Both the position numbers and the translations under genes were made by a program. Under the pieces are notes generated by a model that saw nothing but the letters and a program-made list of their open reading frames with translations, was not told the origin of the DNA and did no database searches. Shown here in pieces: positions 49,693 to 59,559 of a stretch of 64,000 bases of DNA (positions within the stretch are counted from its first letter, which is position 1; the number at the start of each line of letters is the position of its first letter). The stretch is from NCBI GenBank assembly GCA_965216875.1, contig OZ244207.1:4896001-4960000 (forward strand), in the 5' to 3' direction. The stretch comes from Rubripirellula sp. (GTDB lineage: Bacteria > Planctomycetota > Planctomycetia > Pirellulales > Pirellulaceae).

Positions 49693-49899
49693 AGACTTTG
49701 CTCGTGCAGTTCCTTACCAGTCGAAAGAGAGACCGAAAGATGAGGGACAGAGAATCGCGAGGGGCCGACGCGTGAAACCAATGAAAGGGACGAAAGTTTC
49801 ACCCAATCGGGTTGAGCGTTCGGAAACTCCGAACGCTTGCCCAAAGCCTTAGAATGGAATTCTCTTCAGCACCAATCGCCCCTCCAGGAGAAACGCAAC

Positions 49900-51144
49900 A
49901 TGCTCCGCAAACTCTTCGCACTCTCCTTGGTCTTGTTTGTCGCCGCTCCGCAATCCTTCGGAGGTGAAGAAAGCAAGACTTGGCCTGCTTCTGACAAAGC
50001 CAAACAGTTTGTTGATGACACGATTGTGATCGGGTTCTTCGCGAGCCCGTGGGGAACGGGCTGGACGAAAGACGAACACTTTCACGATTACCTCAAGCGT
50101 TCGCGTGCCGCTGGCATCACTGGGCATGACATGACGCTGGCCGCTGGCGGTTACACGTTCGATCAGTTTCTAAAAGAGCACCAAAAGTACCGCAACACGA
50201 TGGCTCAAACGCCAGGCAAGTATGCCTTCGTTCGTAATATCCGCGACATCGAACATGCTCACGTGACTGGCAAGACGGCCGTCATTTGGAACTCGCAGAC
50301 CGCGACGATCATCGATGGCGACTTGAACAAGATCGCGACCCTCAAAGAAATGGGCATCGCGAGCATCATCTTGGCTTACAACGATCTGTTCCGCACCGGC
50401 TCGGGTAGTCTTGCCGAATTCAATGGATCAACCGTCGGTGTGACGCCTTGGGGAATCTCGGTCATCGACGAAATGGTCAAGCACCAAATCATCGTGGACC
50501 TCAGCCACATGGGTCCAAAGATGACCATGGGAATCATGGATCACATGGAGAAAAACCATCCTGGCGTACCCGTCATCTTTTCGCATTCACTACCCGCAGG
50601 GCTTTATGGCGAAACCGCCGAAGCGACCGAGCGGGGATGCTATCGCAACATCAGTGATGAAGAAGCCGTTCGCTGTGCCAAGAGTGGCGGGTTTGTCTCA
50701 CCCACATTCACCGAATGGATGTTGGACGGCATCTGGCCGGACGACATCACGCCCCAGCAATGTGCGGACATGATTCACTATTACGTCAAACTGGTCGGGG
50801 TCGATCACGTGGGGATCGCGTCGGACGACATGTTCACAACCAAGCCAACGATGAACTTCGTCAAGGCCAACCCCAACCTCTACGCCGATGGCGGCTACAT
50901 GGTCAACGCCTTCAATCGAGGCGCCGATGGCTGCGGTGAACTTGCAAAGATTCTCCCCGCCGTGACCGACGAACTTTGGAAACGAGGGTACAGCAACGAA
51001 GATCTGGAAAAGATCTACGGAGGCAACAAGATGCGCGTCTATCGAATGGTTTGGGAGAACGTCGCTCCGAAAGACGAGCTGATCGATGTGAAGAAGCGTC
51101 GAGAGATGGTCAACGAGCTGCGTCAAAAGTGGCAAAGCCGGTAA
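49900..51144 (+). CDS. Secreted membrane-dipeptidase (M19)-like amidohydrolase
   Basis: GVTPWG..VIDEM...[40 protein letters not shown]. Confidence 0.82.
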   Translation: MLRKLFALSLVLFVAAPQSFGGEESKTWPASDKAKQFVDDTIVIGFFASPWGTGWTKDEHFHDYLKRSRAAGITGHDMTLAAGGYTFDQFLKEHQKYRNTMAQTPGKYAFVRNIRDIEHAHVTGKTAVIWNSQTATIIDGDLNKIATLKEMGIASIILAYNDLFRTGSGSLAEFNGSTVGVTPWGISVIDEMVKHQIIVDLSHMGPKMTMGIMDHMEKNHPGVPVIFSHSLPAGLYGETAEATERGCYRNISDEEAVRCAKSGGFVSPTFTEWMLDGIWPDDITPQQCADMIHYYVKLVGVDHVGIASDDMFTTKPTMNFVKANPNLYADGGYMVNAFNRGADGCGELAKILPAVTDELWKRGYSNEDLEKIYGGNKMRVYRMVWENVAPKDELIDVKKRREMVNELRQKWQSR

Positions 51145-51317
51145 GGATGACGCATTCGGTCATTTCATTCGACGAGAATCGCATCACCCGTATCAATCTG
51201 CGACGGCCGTGACCTGGCCCCGCCGAGCGTGCTGGTAAGTGGCCTCGCAATATCGACACAACTAGGTTGCGCAACTGAAAACTCAACCGACCGTCGCTTG
51301 TTTCCGACACCAGAAAT

Positions 51318-52604
51318 ATGAAAGTGTCGATTGGATTTCGGAAACTCATAATCGCTTGGGCGATCATCGCCTTGGCATCGCTGCTGCCTGAGCAATCGGC
51401 TTGGTCGCAAACAGTCGCTGCTCCGACCGACACACAAACATCAATCTACGACGACGTTTTGCAGTTCGGTGGTCCCAGCAGTGTCGCTGGCCAGCTTGCT
51501 GAAGACACCACCGGCGCCCCCGAGTTTCGTCTGCAGCGACTTCAAGACCTTGCCGCACCGTGGTACGACTTCAAAGAGCGACTTAATCAACGCGCGGGAC
51601 TGCAGTTTGGAATCGACGACTCGATTCTGTATCAAGTTGCAACCGATAGCCTCGGCGAGACGGACGCCGCAAGTGGGTTGGTACGCGTTTTTGGTCAATG
51701 GGAACTTGTCGGACGCGGCAGTGGCAATCCTGGCTTGCTCGTGTTCAAAGGTGAAGACCGACATCGAATCGGCACCTCGTTGACTCCTTTTGATCTCGGC
51801 TTCGAAGCAGGGTCGGTGGTTCCAACGGGCACGTTCTTTTCCCAATTCAATTTCTCTGTGACGAACCTGTTTTGGAAGCAGTACCTTTTTGATCGCCAAA
51901 TGGCCATCATCGTCGGCCGCATCGATGTGACCGACTTCATCGACATCTATGCGATGACCAACCCGTTGACCCACTTTTTGAATCTCTCGTTCTCGCTCAA
52001 TCCAACGATCGCCGCACCGAACCAGGGGCTCGGGGTGGCCGCCGGTGCGATGTTGACCGAGCACCTCTACGCGCAAGGTGGGTTTAGCGATGCCAACGGC
52101 CAACCAACACGAGCCGGCTTTGACACCTTCTTTGACGATGCCGAGTTCTTTAGCTACGTCGAGTTCGGTGTGACTTCGGCGCAAGATCGGATCCACCTCG
52201 ACAACGTTCACTTGACGCTTTGGCACACCGATGCGCGAACGGATGCCGGAACACCGTCAAGCTGGGGCGTCGCCTTCACAGCCCAAGAATTCGTTTGCGA
52301 CAAGTGGTTGCCGTTTTTCCGAGCCGGGTACAGCGACGGCGGCGCCGCGCTCATGCAAGCCACGGTGTCGACGGGATTGGGCTACCAACGCGAAAATCGA
52401 GATGTCGCCGCGTTCGGATTCAGCTGGGGAAAACCGGCCACCGGAGCGCTGCGAGATCAATACACGCTCGAGACCTTTTATCGGTTTCAGATGACGGAGT
52501 ACCTGGCGGTCACGCCCGACGTTCAACTGGTCATCGACCCAGCTCTCAATTCAAGCGTCGATGCGTTAGCCTTCTTCGGTCTCCGACTTCGCACCGCGTT
52601 CTAG
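51318..52604 (+). CDS. Carbohydrate-selective porin (OprB family)
   Basis: Paralog of 48370..49692; LRDQYTLETFYRFQ...TPDVQLVIDPA...FGLRLRTAF. Confidence 0.82.
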   Translation: MKVSIGFRKLIIAWAIIALASLLPEQSAWSQTVAAPTDTQTSIYDDVLQFGGPSSVAGQLAEDTTGAPEFRLQRLQDLAAPWYDFKERLNQRAGLQFGIDDSILYQVATDSLGETDAASGLVRVFGQWELVGRGSGNPGLLVFKGEDRHRIGTSLTPFDLGFEAGSVVPTGTFFSQFNFSVTNLFWKQYLFDRQMAIIVGRIDVTDFIDIYAMTNPLTHFLNLSFSLNPTIAAPNQGLGVAAGAMLTEHLYAQGGFSDANGQPTRAGFDTFFDDAEFFSYVEFGVTSAQDRIHLDNVHLTLWHTDARTDAGTPSSWGVAFTAQEFVCDKWLPFFRAGYSDGGAALMQATVSTGLGYQRENRDVAAFGFSWGKPATGALRDQYTLETFYRFQMTEYLAVTPDVQLVIDPALNSSVDALAFFGLRLRTAF

Positions 52605-52847
52605 CTCACCCCATCACTCGAGCAACGCTTCATCCCTGCTGCCTCCTCTCACACACCTCTTCTCTCACGCATCCTCTTACGCCCGCTTTTTTCTGTCCCC
52701 CATCTTTCTGTCCCTCTTCCATCCTTCTTTCTGCCCACCTTTTTTCTGCCATTCTTTTCTCCTCCTAGTCCTGCGGACTGATTGCCGTCGTGTCGCTATC
52801 CCATTGGAAACGGGTTTCAACACTCTGATGGAAAGGGGAAATGGGCG

Positions 52848-53246
52848 ATGGCTTACGTGTTCTTGGCGACCACGTTGCTTTTTGCTGGCTCGACCACTTT
52901 CCTTGCCATTGCGTTGTGTCGTCGCTCAACCGGGCTGAGAAAGACGAGCCAGAAGCAAGAGATGGCCGACCGGCAACTTCGTGCAACTCGACTTGAGTAC
53001 GAGAAATACGCGGCTCATACCGGACGGCTGAAATCGATCACCGAGCTCGACCGCTACATCGCTTCGCTGAAGGAGCTGGTCGGTCGGTTTGAATCCATTC
53101 AGTCTCTCGACCATCTCCTCGTTCAGCGGAAGTCGGACCTACAGCAAGCGGAAAAGCTACTGGACGAGCTTCGTGGAGATGCGATTTGTTGCAATGATCA
53201 CACAAAGGGGCTGCCAAATGGCGGAGTTCGATCGCATTCAGACTGA
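52848..53246 (+). CDS. Small membrane-anchored coiled-coil protein
   Basis: N-terminal TM then an imperfect internal duplication GRLKSITELDRYI / GRFESIQSLDHLL. Confidence 0.5.
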   Translation: MAYVFLATTLLFAGSTTFLAIALCRRSTGLRKTSQKQEMADRQLRATRLEYEKYAAHTGRLKSITELDRYIASLKELVGRFESIQSLDHLLVQRKSDLQQAEKLLDELRGDAICCNDHTKGLPNGGVRSHSD

Positions 53247-53417
53247 TGACAAACTTGCCGATCCGACTCCCGACTGGGAGGGGTTTCGTCGGTCGAATTG
53301 GGTTGGTCTGCAAAGAAGTTTTTTGACTTGACGAACCGGTATAAACCGACCAACGTATACCTCAGCTGTCCTTGATTGGACAAAAGGCCACCTTCCCCAC
53401 TTGCTTTTAGCGTCTTC

Positions 53418-53843
53418 ATGGCCCCGGCAGCCCGCCACATTATTGTCAGCCTCCTGTGCGGCATGATCGCTTTCGGTCATGCTCCCGCTTGGCTGCATGT
53501 TGCAGGTTGTGAGCACGGAAATCACCTCGTCGAGGCTTCGACCTATCGCCCACAAGACGACGCTTGCTGTTGCCACCATGGCCATGACCACCAAGCCTCG
53601 GAAGCGGAAGAGGGTGAGCCGAATCCAGCGTCCCGGGGTCATCAACATCCTCATGGGCACGATTCAGACACCTGCGCAATTTGCCAATCGCTTGTAGCTC
53701 CGACTGGCGTCAAGCTTGATCTTGATCCCGTCGTGCATGATGAAGGCTTGGTTGCGGTTGCTGCGATTGCTGAACTTTCAGCACCGGCCCCAACACTTCG
53801 CTCCATCCCTCAGCCTCGTGGACCGCCTGCGCTCAACGCGTAG
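53418..53843 (+). CDS. DUF2946-like His/Cys-rich protein with CxxC and C-terminal RGPP
   Basis: TM segment, CCCHHGHDH, HQHPHGHDSDTCAICQ, ...PQPRGPPALNA-stop. Confidence 0.75.
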   Translation: MAPAARHIIVSLLCGMIAFGHAPAWLHVAGCEHGNHLVEASTYRPQDDACCCHHGHDHQASEAEEGEPNPASRGHQHPHGHDSDTCAICQSLVAPTGVKLDLDPVVHDEGLVAVAAIAELSAPAPTLRSIPQPRGPPALNA

Positions 53844-54260
53844 AGCCTCTGGTCACGATCGATGAGCTCCCTTGATGCGTTAAAGCGAAAGGGTGCTCAC
53901 CGACTTTGCCTGGACTATTGAACCAATTGGTCCCGCCTCGCGCGGTTCTGTTGGTCACGGTCCGACCAAACCCGATCAGCTGTTCCCGCGTGGCGGGGCT
54001 CTTTTGCCAACCTGAAGCTTGAATCACACGCTTCAGTTCGGTGTTGTGGGGCGTGCGATCCGTCGGATGAGACGTTCGCAAAAAGAAGGAAACAATTCGA
54101 GGGTGGGTGATCAATGTGTCATAGCTTGTTGCTTCGACATGGCGAATCATCCGAATCGCTTTCGACTTCGCGCAGTCTTTGCTGGCCGCTGCTGCGTGGG
54201 GAACTTGGTCAGGCGGCTAATTCAACTCCAACTCGTTTTTCCCATAAGTGAGAAACAACT

Positions 54261-54608
54261 ATGCGTAAGATGCTTCGCAACAAGAAGGGTCAAGGTCTTG
54301 TCGAGTACGGTCTGATCATCGCCGGTGTTGCACTGATTTGTGCAGCTGCCGTTTCGGTTTTCGGACACAAAACCAGCGATTTGATCGGTGCCGTCGCAAC
54401 GATCCTGCCTGGTGCCCATGCAGATGACAACGGCCCAGTTGTTAGCGGCAAGCTGATCGAAACCACCGGTGCTGACACCGGCGCAATCGCTCTGGACGCT
54501 GCGACCATCCTTGCAAACACCGACACCGGTCGTTTGGACAACAACGTCTTCGGTGCAGCAACTGCTGCTGGTGGCGACGGATTCGGCGGCTTGATCCTCG
54601 AGCCGTAA
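54261..54608 (+). CDS. flp: Flp family type IVb/c pilin (extended, 115 aa)
   Basis: KKG|QGLVEYGLIIAGVALI prepilin motif with E+5/Y+6. Confidence 0.9.
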   Translation: MRKMLRNKKGQGLVEYGLIIAGVALICAAAVSVFGHKTSDLIGAVATILPGAHADDNGPVVSGKLIETTGADTGAIALDAATILANTDTGRLDNNVFGAATAAGGDGFGGLILEP

Positions 54609-54630
54609 GCCTGACCCATTTGCCAAGATT

Positions 54631-54674
54631 CGCAAGCCACGCACGGGGGACAACCACCGTGCGTGGCGATTGCG
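54631..54674 (+). terminator. Stable hairpin after flp (mRNA stabiliser or partial terminator)
   Basis: GCCACGCACGG-N10-CCGTGCGTGGC perfect 11-bp stem, no strong U-tract. Confidence 0.6.
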
Positions 54675-54698
54675 TTTCTGGCGAAGCGTTTTCAGTCA

Positions 54699-55124
54699 AT
54701 GATGTTCTACGCGATTTCGGTCATCGTTCTGCTACTTCTTGCGTTTGCCACCTTCTGTGACTTTCGCACGAGGGAGATCCCGGATTGGATCTCGATTGCG
54801 ATCGCATTGGTCGCGATCGTCAGCTCCGCGATGGGGTACCTCGGGCTCTCCTTGCCATTGGCCCTCACCGGTGGCGTTCTTGGGCTCCTGGTCGGCTATC
54901 TCCTGTTTCGATATGCCCAACTTGGCGGGGGTGACGCGAAACTGATTGCAGCACTTGGACTGGTTGTAGGGCCCGTCGGGATCCTCATTGTCCTGTTTGG
55001 AATGGCCCTTGCTGGCGGCGTTTTGTCGTTGGTTGCGATGCTTCGCGGTCAACGTGACTACGCCTATGTCCCAGCCATCACCGTCGGTTTTGTAGGATAC
55101 ATCGGTCTGGTTTCCCAGATATGA
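54699..55124 (+). CDS. cpaA: Prepilin peptidase A24 (CpaA/TadV)
   Basis: CDFRTREIPD and LGGGDAKL aspartate motifs; YVPAI. Confidence 0.9.
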   Translation: MMFYAISVIVLLLLAFATFCDFRTREIPDWISIAIALVAIVSSAMGYLGLSLPLALTGGVLGLLVGYLLFRYAQLGGGDAKLIAALGLVVGPVGILIVLFGMALAGGVLSLVAMLRGQRDYAYVPAITVGFVGYIGLVSQI

Positions 55125-55630
55125 ATTCGCTTCCGTTCTCCAGATGGATGACTAAGATGTCAAAGAACCTCATTGCTTTGCCGATCGCCTGCATCACCCT
55201 CGTCGCAACCGCCTTGGCTCCGACCGCCAACGCGGACGACCACGCTGGCATGAAAAAGGAGCACCAAGCGGCTCATCGGCAACACGATCAGTGGGCTGCC
55301 GAGCATGCCAAATGGCGTGCTGAACATATGCGTGCCCTGGCACTGATTGCAAAATTACAGGCACGTATCTACGAGCATGAGGCAGAGCTGATTGAGCATG
55401 ACGAAGAGATTCGCGCTCATGAAGATCATGCCATGCACCATGGCGAAGAGATCGAAGCTCACGAAAAGCACGGCCACGATCACGATCACAACGCGCTCGA
55501 GAAAGAGCACGCTGATTTTAAGGCGAAGCATAAGGCAATGGCTCAAAAACATGACTCCGTCAAATCGGGTCACGAAGAGCTACACCAGTTGCTAAGCAAG
55601 TTGACGAAGTTCTTGAAGGCCGAGAAATGA
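55121..55630 (+). CDS. Secreted His-rich helical protein
   Basis: Signal peptide ending ANA|DD (likely start 55157); 22 His; ATGA overlaps with neighbours. Confidence 0.8.
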   Translation: MNSLPFSRWMTKMSKNLIALPIACITLVATALAPTANADDHAGMKKEHQAAHRQHDQWAAEHAKWRAEHMRALALIAKLQARIYEHEAELIEHDEEIRAHEDHAMHHGEEIEAHEKHGHDHDHNALEKEHADFKAKHKAMAQKHDSVKSGHEELHQLLSKLTKFLKAEK

Positions 55631-55911
55631 ACCCCCGCTTTGGACGCATCCGTCGCGGTCAATCGCTTGTCGAATTCGCCGTCGTTGCTCTCGTCTTGTA
55701 CATGATCCTGGCAGCGATCTTGACATTCGGACATGCGATCTATGCCGCGCAAGGCTTACAAACCGCGGCGGATCTGGCGGCCAAAGAAGACACACATGCT
55801 CCGCTGCCTACGGATGATTCAATCGAATCGGCGGCAAGCTCTCAGGGCAACGCGACGGCGTCTTATGTCACAACGATGGTCGCCGCGAAACACCAACGCT
55901 CCTATCACTAA
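55627..55911 (+). CDS. TadE-like minor pilin (short, possibly truncated)
   Basis: RRG|QSLVEFAVVALVLYMILAAILTFG...LQTAADLAAKE. Confidence 0.75.
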   Translation: MNPRFGRIRRGQSLVEFAVVALVLYMILAAILTFGHAIYAAQGLQTAADLAAKEDTHAPLPTDDSIESAASSQGNATASYVTTMVAAKHQRSYH

Positions 55912-55982
55912 CGATTCAATTCACGCGGCATGGAGGCGAGCACCGTTCACAAGGAAGTAGTCAAACAAAAACGATCAGTACG

Positions 55983-58508
55983 ATGGCACAACGAAACTAC
56001 CGCAACTCTCGTCGCTCGCGATTGCCAGGTCTGCTACTTGCCGGCGGCGGCTTGTTTGCGCTAACCCTGTTCGGAATTGTCGGAACACTCTGGCTTGCGG
56101 GCGTTCCCCTAAACCCATTCGCTGCATCGCAAAAGGAAGATCCGTACATGGTTCGGATCCCAATCAATGCGCGACCGATTCCCGCTTACAGTCGCGTCGA
56201 TCGAACGCACTTGCTCAATCCCGCAGACCGAAGCTTGATGTTCCAACGTATTCCACCGCGGGCAGCCCTGGGGATGGCAGTCGTTGGTGTCGACCAAAGC
56301 GGATCTCATGTCGAAGATCGTGTTGTTGATGTAAAAAACGTCAATGACGAAGTGGTCTTTGTCGTTGCTGGCGGTCGCGAAGTGCGTCAAGCACAAACCT
56401 TCACCCTTGGTGGCGCCATTCTGAACATCAATGCGATCATTGGTCGAGTTGTAAAAGCAGACAAACGTGCCGGTCTCGGATTCCAAGAAAGCACGTTCTT
56501 TCCGCAAGGCACACCCGAGGGACTCGCCGGTGCGACCCCAGAAGGAATGCGCGCGATCACGCTCGATGCAACTCGCTTGACCGGTGTCCACTCACTCAAC
56601 GCGGGCGACATGATCGACTTGTTGGCCAGTGTTCCAACAGATGACGTTGATAACGACGACGAGTCAAACGAAAGCGAAGTCGAACTGCTCGCCCAAAACG
56701 CTCACGTGCTACGTCCGGTCTATGTACGCAACGAAGTGACTTCATCGGCATCGCTGATGAACGGACAAACAACGCAAAACCTGCCCAAGTACGAAGTGGC
56801 GATTGCCGTGGCGGCAGACGATGTGATTCGATTGCAGACGGCATTGAACCAAAGTTTGTCGATCACTTGTGTCGCCCACTCCATGAAACCAACGGACGGC
56901 AGCGAACAAAAGCCACCAGCCCCGGATCATCTCGTTCGTGTACCTGTCACGGTGCGCCCGATTCTGGCTTATCAAGTTGTCTCGCGCGATGCGTTTGTGA
57001 GCCCTGCCACTCGTTCACTAAAGACTGCAACGATTCCGCGTCAATTGGCCGATCGACTCGGTGCGATCACATCCGTCGATCAGGCGATTGGTGCGATCAC
57101 CCGCCAAGACATCCCCGCCGGTCGCTATCTCCGCCAATCGGACCTGCTCAAAGGGCCTCCCACAAACCAGCAATCGGCCGACAACATGGTTGAATCCAGC
57201 TTGGACGGATTCAACCAATCTGCCGACGGCAAACGATTTGTCGCAATGGTCCAGCAACCACAACAGCCGGCACCGGCAGCCACGGCGGTTGGCGACCGAC
57301 CTGCGATCAGCCGCTTCATCCCCGCCGGTCGCACCGCGTTTGCGATCCCACTCAATCGTGTTTACGGCGCCGAGCATCTTCAAATCGGCGATTCGATCGA
57401 TCTTCTGGCGAGCTTTTCTCTCGAACGACTACGAGATGAAGAAGAAACGGAAACGCGCCCCGACGGGACGGTCATCGTTCGCAAGTCCGAATCACTGACT
57501 CCCCGCACGACGCGTCGTAGCTGGGAAGAATCCTTTGGCAATCGAGCCGAACCTTGGTTTGTGGCAACCGGCGCGATCGTCGTCGCACCCGTCGGTTTTC
57601 CGGCACCGGCGGCCGCACTTCGTGCGATCGAGTCGGATACGGAAGTGTCGCGACCCTCCCAGCGAGACAAAACCTTTGAAGGCCCACCCGTCATCATTGC
57701 GGTAGAAAACCGCGATGTTGAAACCGTCGCCACCGCACTGGCGACGCGTGATGCACTGTTCACGGTTGCGTTCCATGCGGACGAGAACAACGTCGCGAGG
57801 CCGCAAGACAAGACCATCGCCATCGCCTCGGAACCGATGGATGCGTACAGCCCACTCAGTGAAACCTCGTGGCAAGGTAACCGCCGCCGTGTCGCAACGC
57901 GCGTCGTCTCGTCAGGCAACCCGCGATTCCAAGACGCTTTGACGCCCCAACAGTTGCAGAGCTATTTCGGCCGCACGTTGAGTGTCGAAAAGAACAACGG
58001 CGACTTCTTTACACCCGCTGACTTTATGCCTGAAGGGGCAGGGCAGGGGATCGGAGCCTCCGTTCGCCAAGGGTACACCTTGCTACCCGTAGCAGATCGC
58101 GATATTGAAGGAATTGATTCGTTCATAAGAAACGACACCGTCACGATCATGATCCGTGCCGTTTTCAAATCGCAACTCGCCCGCCAAGTCAATGCCGAAG
58201 ATGGCGTCGCCGCCTCTTTTGTGGTCGCCGAAACGGTCCGAGTCGTTCGTGAATCGGTTGGTGGCCAATCGATCATCGAAGTTCAAAACAAAGACCTCGC
58301 AAAACTTCAAGCTGCGATGGCACGATCGCTCACCGATCGAGAAGAAATGCGAGATCGATCGCACTTGGTCGCCGTCGGTTCCGTTCCCACCAACGACACC
58401 ACAAGTTCCGATTCGAAGATCGCTCCGTTTGACCCACTGACTGGCGTCAAAACGACTCAGATCATCATCGGTGGCGAGCGGAGCGTGAAGGTCTTTGGAG
58501 GTCAATGA
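55983..58508 (+). CDS. cpaB: CpaB/RcpC-like pilus assembly protein with three tandem SAF-RcpC units
   Basis: N-terminal TM; ARPIPAY/VRPILAY/SEPMDAY and PEGMRAITL..GDMIDLL / PAGRTAFAI..GDSIDLL / RQGYTLLPV..NDTVTIM repeats. Confidence 0.75.
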   Translation: MAQRNYRNSRRSRLPGLLLAGGGLFALTLFGIVGTLWLAGVPLNPFAASQKEDPYMVRIPINARPIPAYSRVDRTHLLNPADRSLMFQRIPPRAALGMAVVGVDQSGSHVEDRVVDVKNVNDEVVFVVAGGREVRQAQTFTLGGAILNINAIIGRVVKADKRAGLGFQESTFFPQGTPEGLAGATPEGMRAITLDATRLTGVHSLNAGDMIDLLASVPTDDVDNDDESNESEVELLAQNAHVLRPVYVRNEVTSSASLMNGQTTQNLPKYEVAIAVAADDVIRLQTALNQSLSITCVAHSMKPTDGSEQKPPAPDHLVRVPVTVRPILAYQVVSRDAFVSPATRSLKTATIPRQLADRLGAITSVDQAIGAITRQDIPAGRYLRQSDLLKGPPTNQQSADNMVESSLDGFNQSADGKRFVAMVQQPQQPAPAATAVGDRPAISRFIPAGRTAFAIPLNRVYGAEHLQIGDSIDLLASFSLERLRDEEETETRPDGTVIVRKSESLTPRTTRRSWEESFGNRAEPWFVATGAIVVAPVGFPAPAAALRAIESDTEVSRPSQRDKTFEGPPVIIAVENRDVETVATALATRDALFTVAFHADENNVARPQDKTIAIASEPMDAYSPLSETSWQGNRRRVATRVVSSGNPRFQDALTPQQLQSYFGRTLSVEKNNGDFFTPADFMPEGAGQGIGASVRQGYTLLPVADRDIEGIDSFIRNDTVTIMIRAVFKSQLARQVNAEDGVAASFVVAETVRVVRESVGGQSIIEVQNKDLAKLQAAMARSLTDREEMRDRSHLVAVGSVPTNDTTSSDSKIAPFDPLTGVKTTQIIIGGERSVKVFGGQ

Positions 58509-58631
58509 TGATGAGTGCATCGAATCATCCGAGACGCATTCACCAGTCTGTGATCGAACTCCGAATTCGGCGGGCAACACCGAATCCACTTTTTGATTTC
58601 CGCCACGTGAACGTTCTTGAAGGAGCAGAGA

Positions 58632-59447
58632 ATGAATAAGCGCCGCAAAGGCCAAGCTTTGGTTGAGTTCGCTCTTGTTGGTTTTGCGTTAACGGCTCTC
58701 CTAATGGGCATTATCGGTATCGGTACGATGCTGATTCAGTCGACGGCTACCGCGTCGGCTTCGATTTCGGCGAGCATGATTTTTGACCTTCAGGTGGAAA
58801 AAGAAGACGTCAACAACGTCGAAGAGGTCTATGCCGCACTTCGAACGCTCAACCTCTACAACGATGCTCACTTGATTCTGGAGCCAGCCGATTACTTTGC
58901 CGAGACGTTCAACGGTGGTCCACTGGCAAGCCTTAACCGGCGGATGTTGCCGCTGTACCAATTCGATCGAGACCGAAACGTCTACCGGTACCCTGGGGCA
59001 CCTGCGTCGTACAACAACGGAAATGCAGTTTTAATCCCCCGCACGGCTCGTGACACAAGCGAGACCATCACGGCTTGGTATCGACCCGTTGAAATTGAAT
59101 TCGATCCGAACGTCACCGATCAGACCGTTTTGAACGTAACACTCAACATGGCGTCGCAACCCGCGACCCTGCTTTCCTATCCGACCGACGCACTGGGCAG
59201 GACGGTTGGGCTCCCACTGGTTGCCGATGATGGGACGGTCAACGTTCAAGCCAACCTCCCGGATGGATTTAATTTGCAGGGAGCGGGCGTGGTGAACTCG
59301 CCCTTCGCATCGACCAATCGGGGGCAATTCGGACTTGGCGAAATGAAGAACTTCGGCACGAATGTTCGGCCGTTTCGACGTGTTTTCTTTCACCGAGGGA
59401 CGTTCCGACTGAAGCCTGTTGAGGAACAAAATGGAACTCAACCTTAG
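58632..59447 (+). CDS. TadE-like minor pilin
   Basis: RRKG|QALVEFALVGFALTALLMG; AAGGAG SD. Confidence 0.8.
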   Translation: MNKRRKGQALVEFALVGFALTALLMGIIGIGTMLIQSTATASASISASMIFDLQVEKEDVNNVEEVYAALRTLNLYNDAHLILEPADYFAETFNGGPLASLNRRMLPLYQFDRDRNVYRYPGAPASYNNGNAVLIPRTARDTSETITAWYRPVEIEFDPNVTDQTVLNVTLNMASQPATLLSYPTDALGRTVGLPLVADDGTVNVQANLPDGFNLQGAGVVNSPFASTNRGQFGLGEMKNFGTNVRPFRRVFFHRGTFRLKPVEEQNGTQP

Positions 59448-59559
59448 CGGTCATTCACCCTTTTTGCGGGCACCGCATCCATCGCTCCGAGATCAGGCGC
59501 GAGCTCAAAACAACGATATCGACGGTGGCCTCTTGGTTGCCGTGAACAGGTGAAGAGAG

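Noticed and set aside
53300..53417. Sigma-70 promoter or Fur/Zur box upstream of the DUF2946-like gene
   Set aside because: TTGACT/TTGACG and TATAAA are present but with non-canonical spacing; no convincing palindrome.
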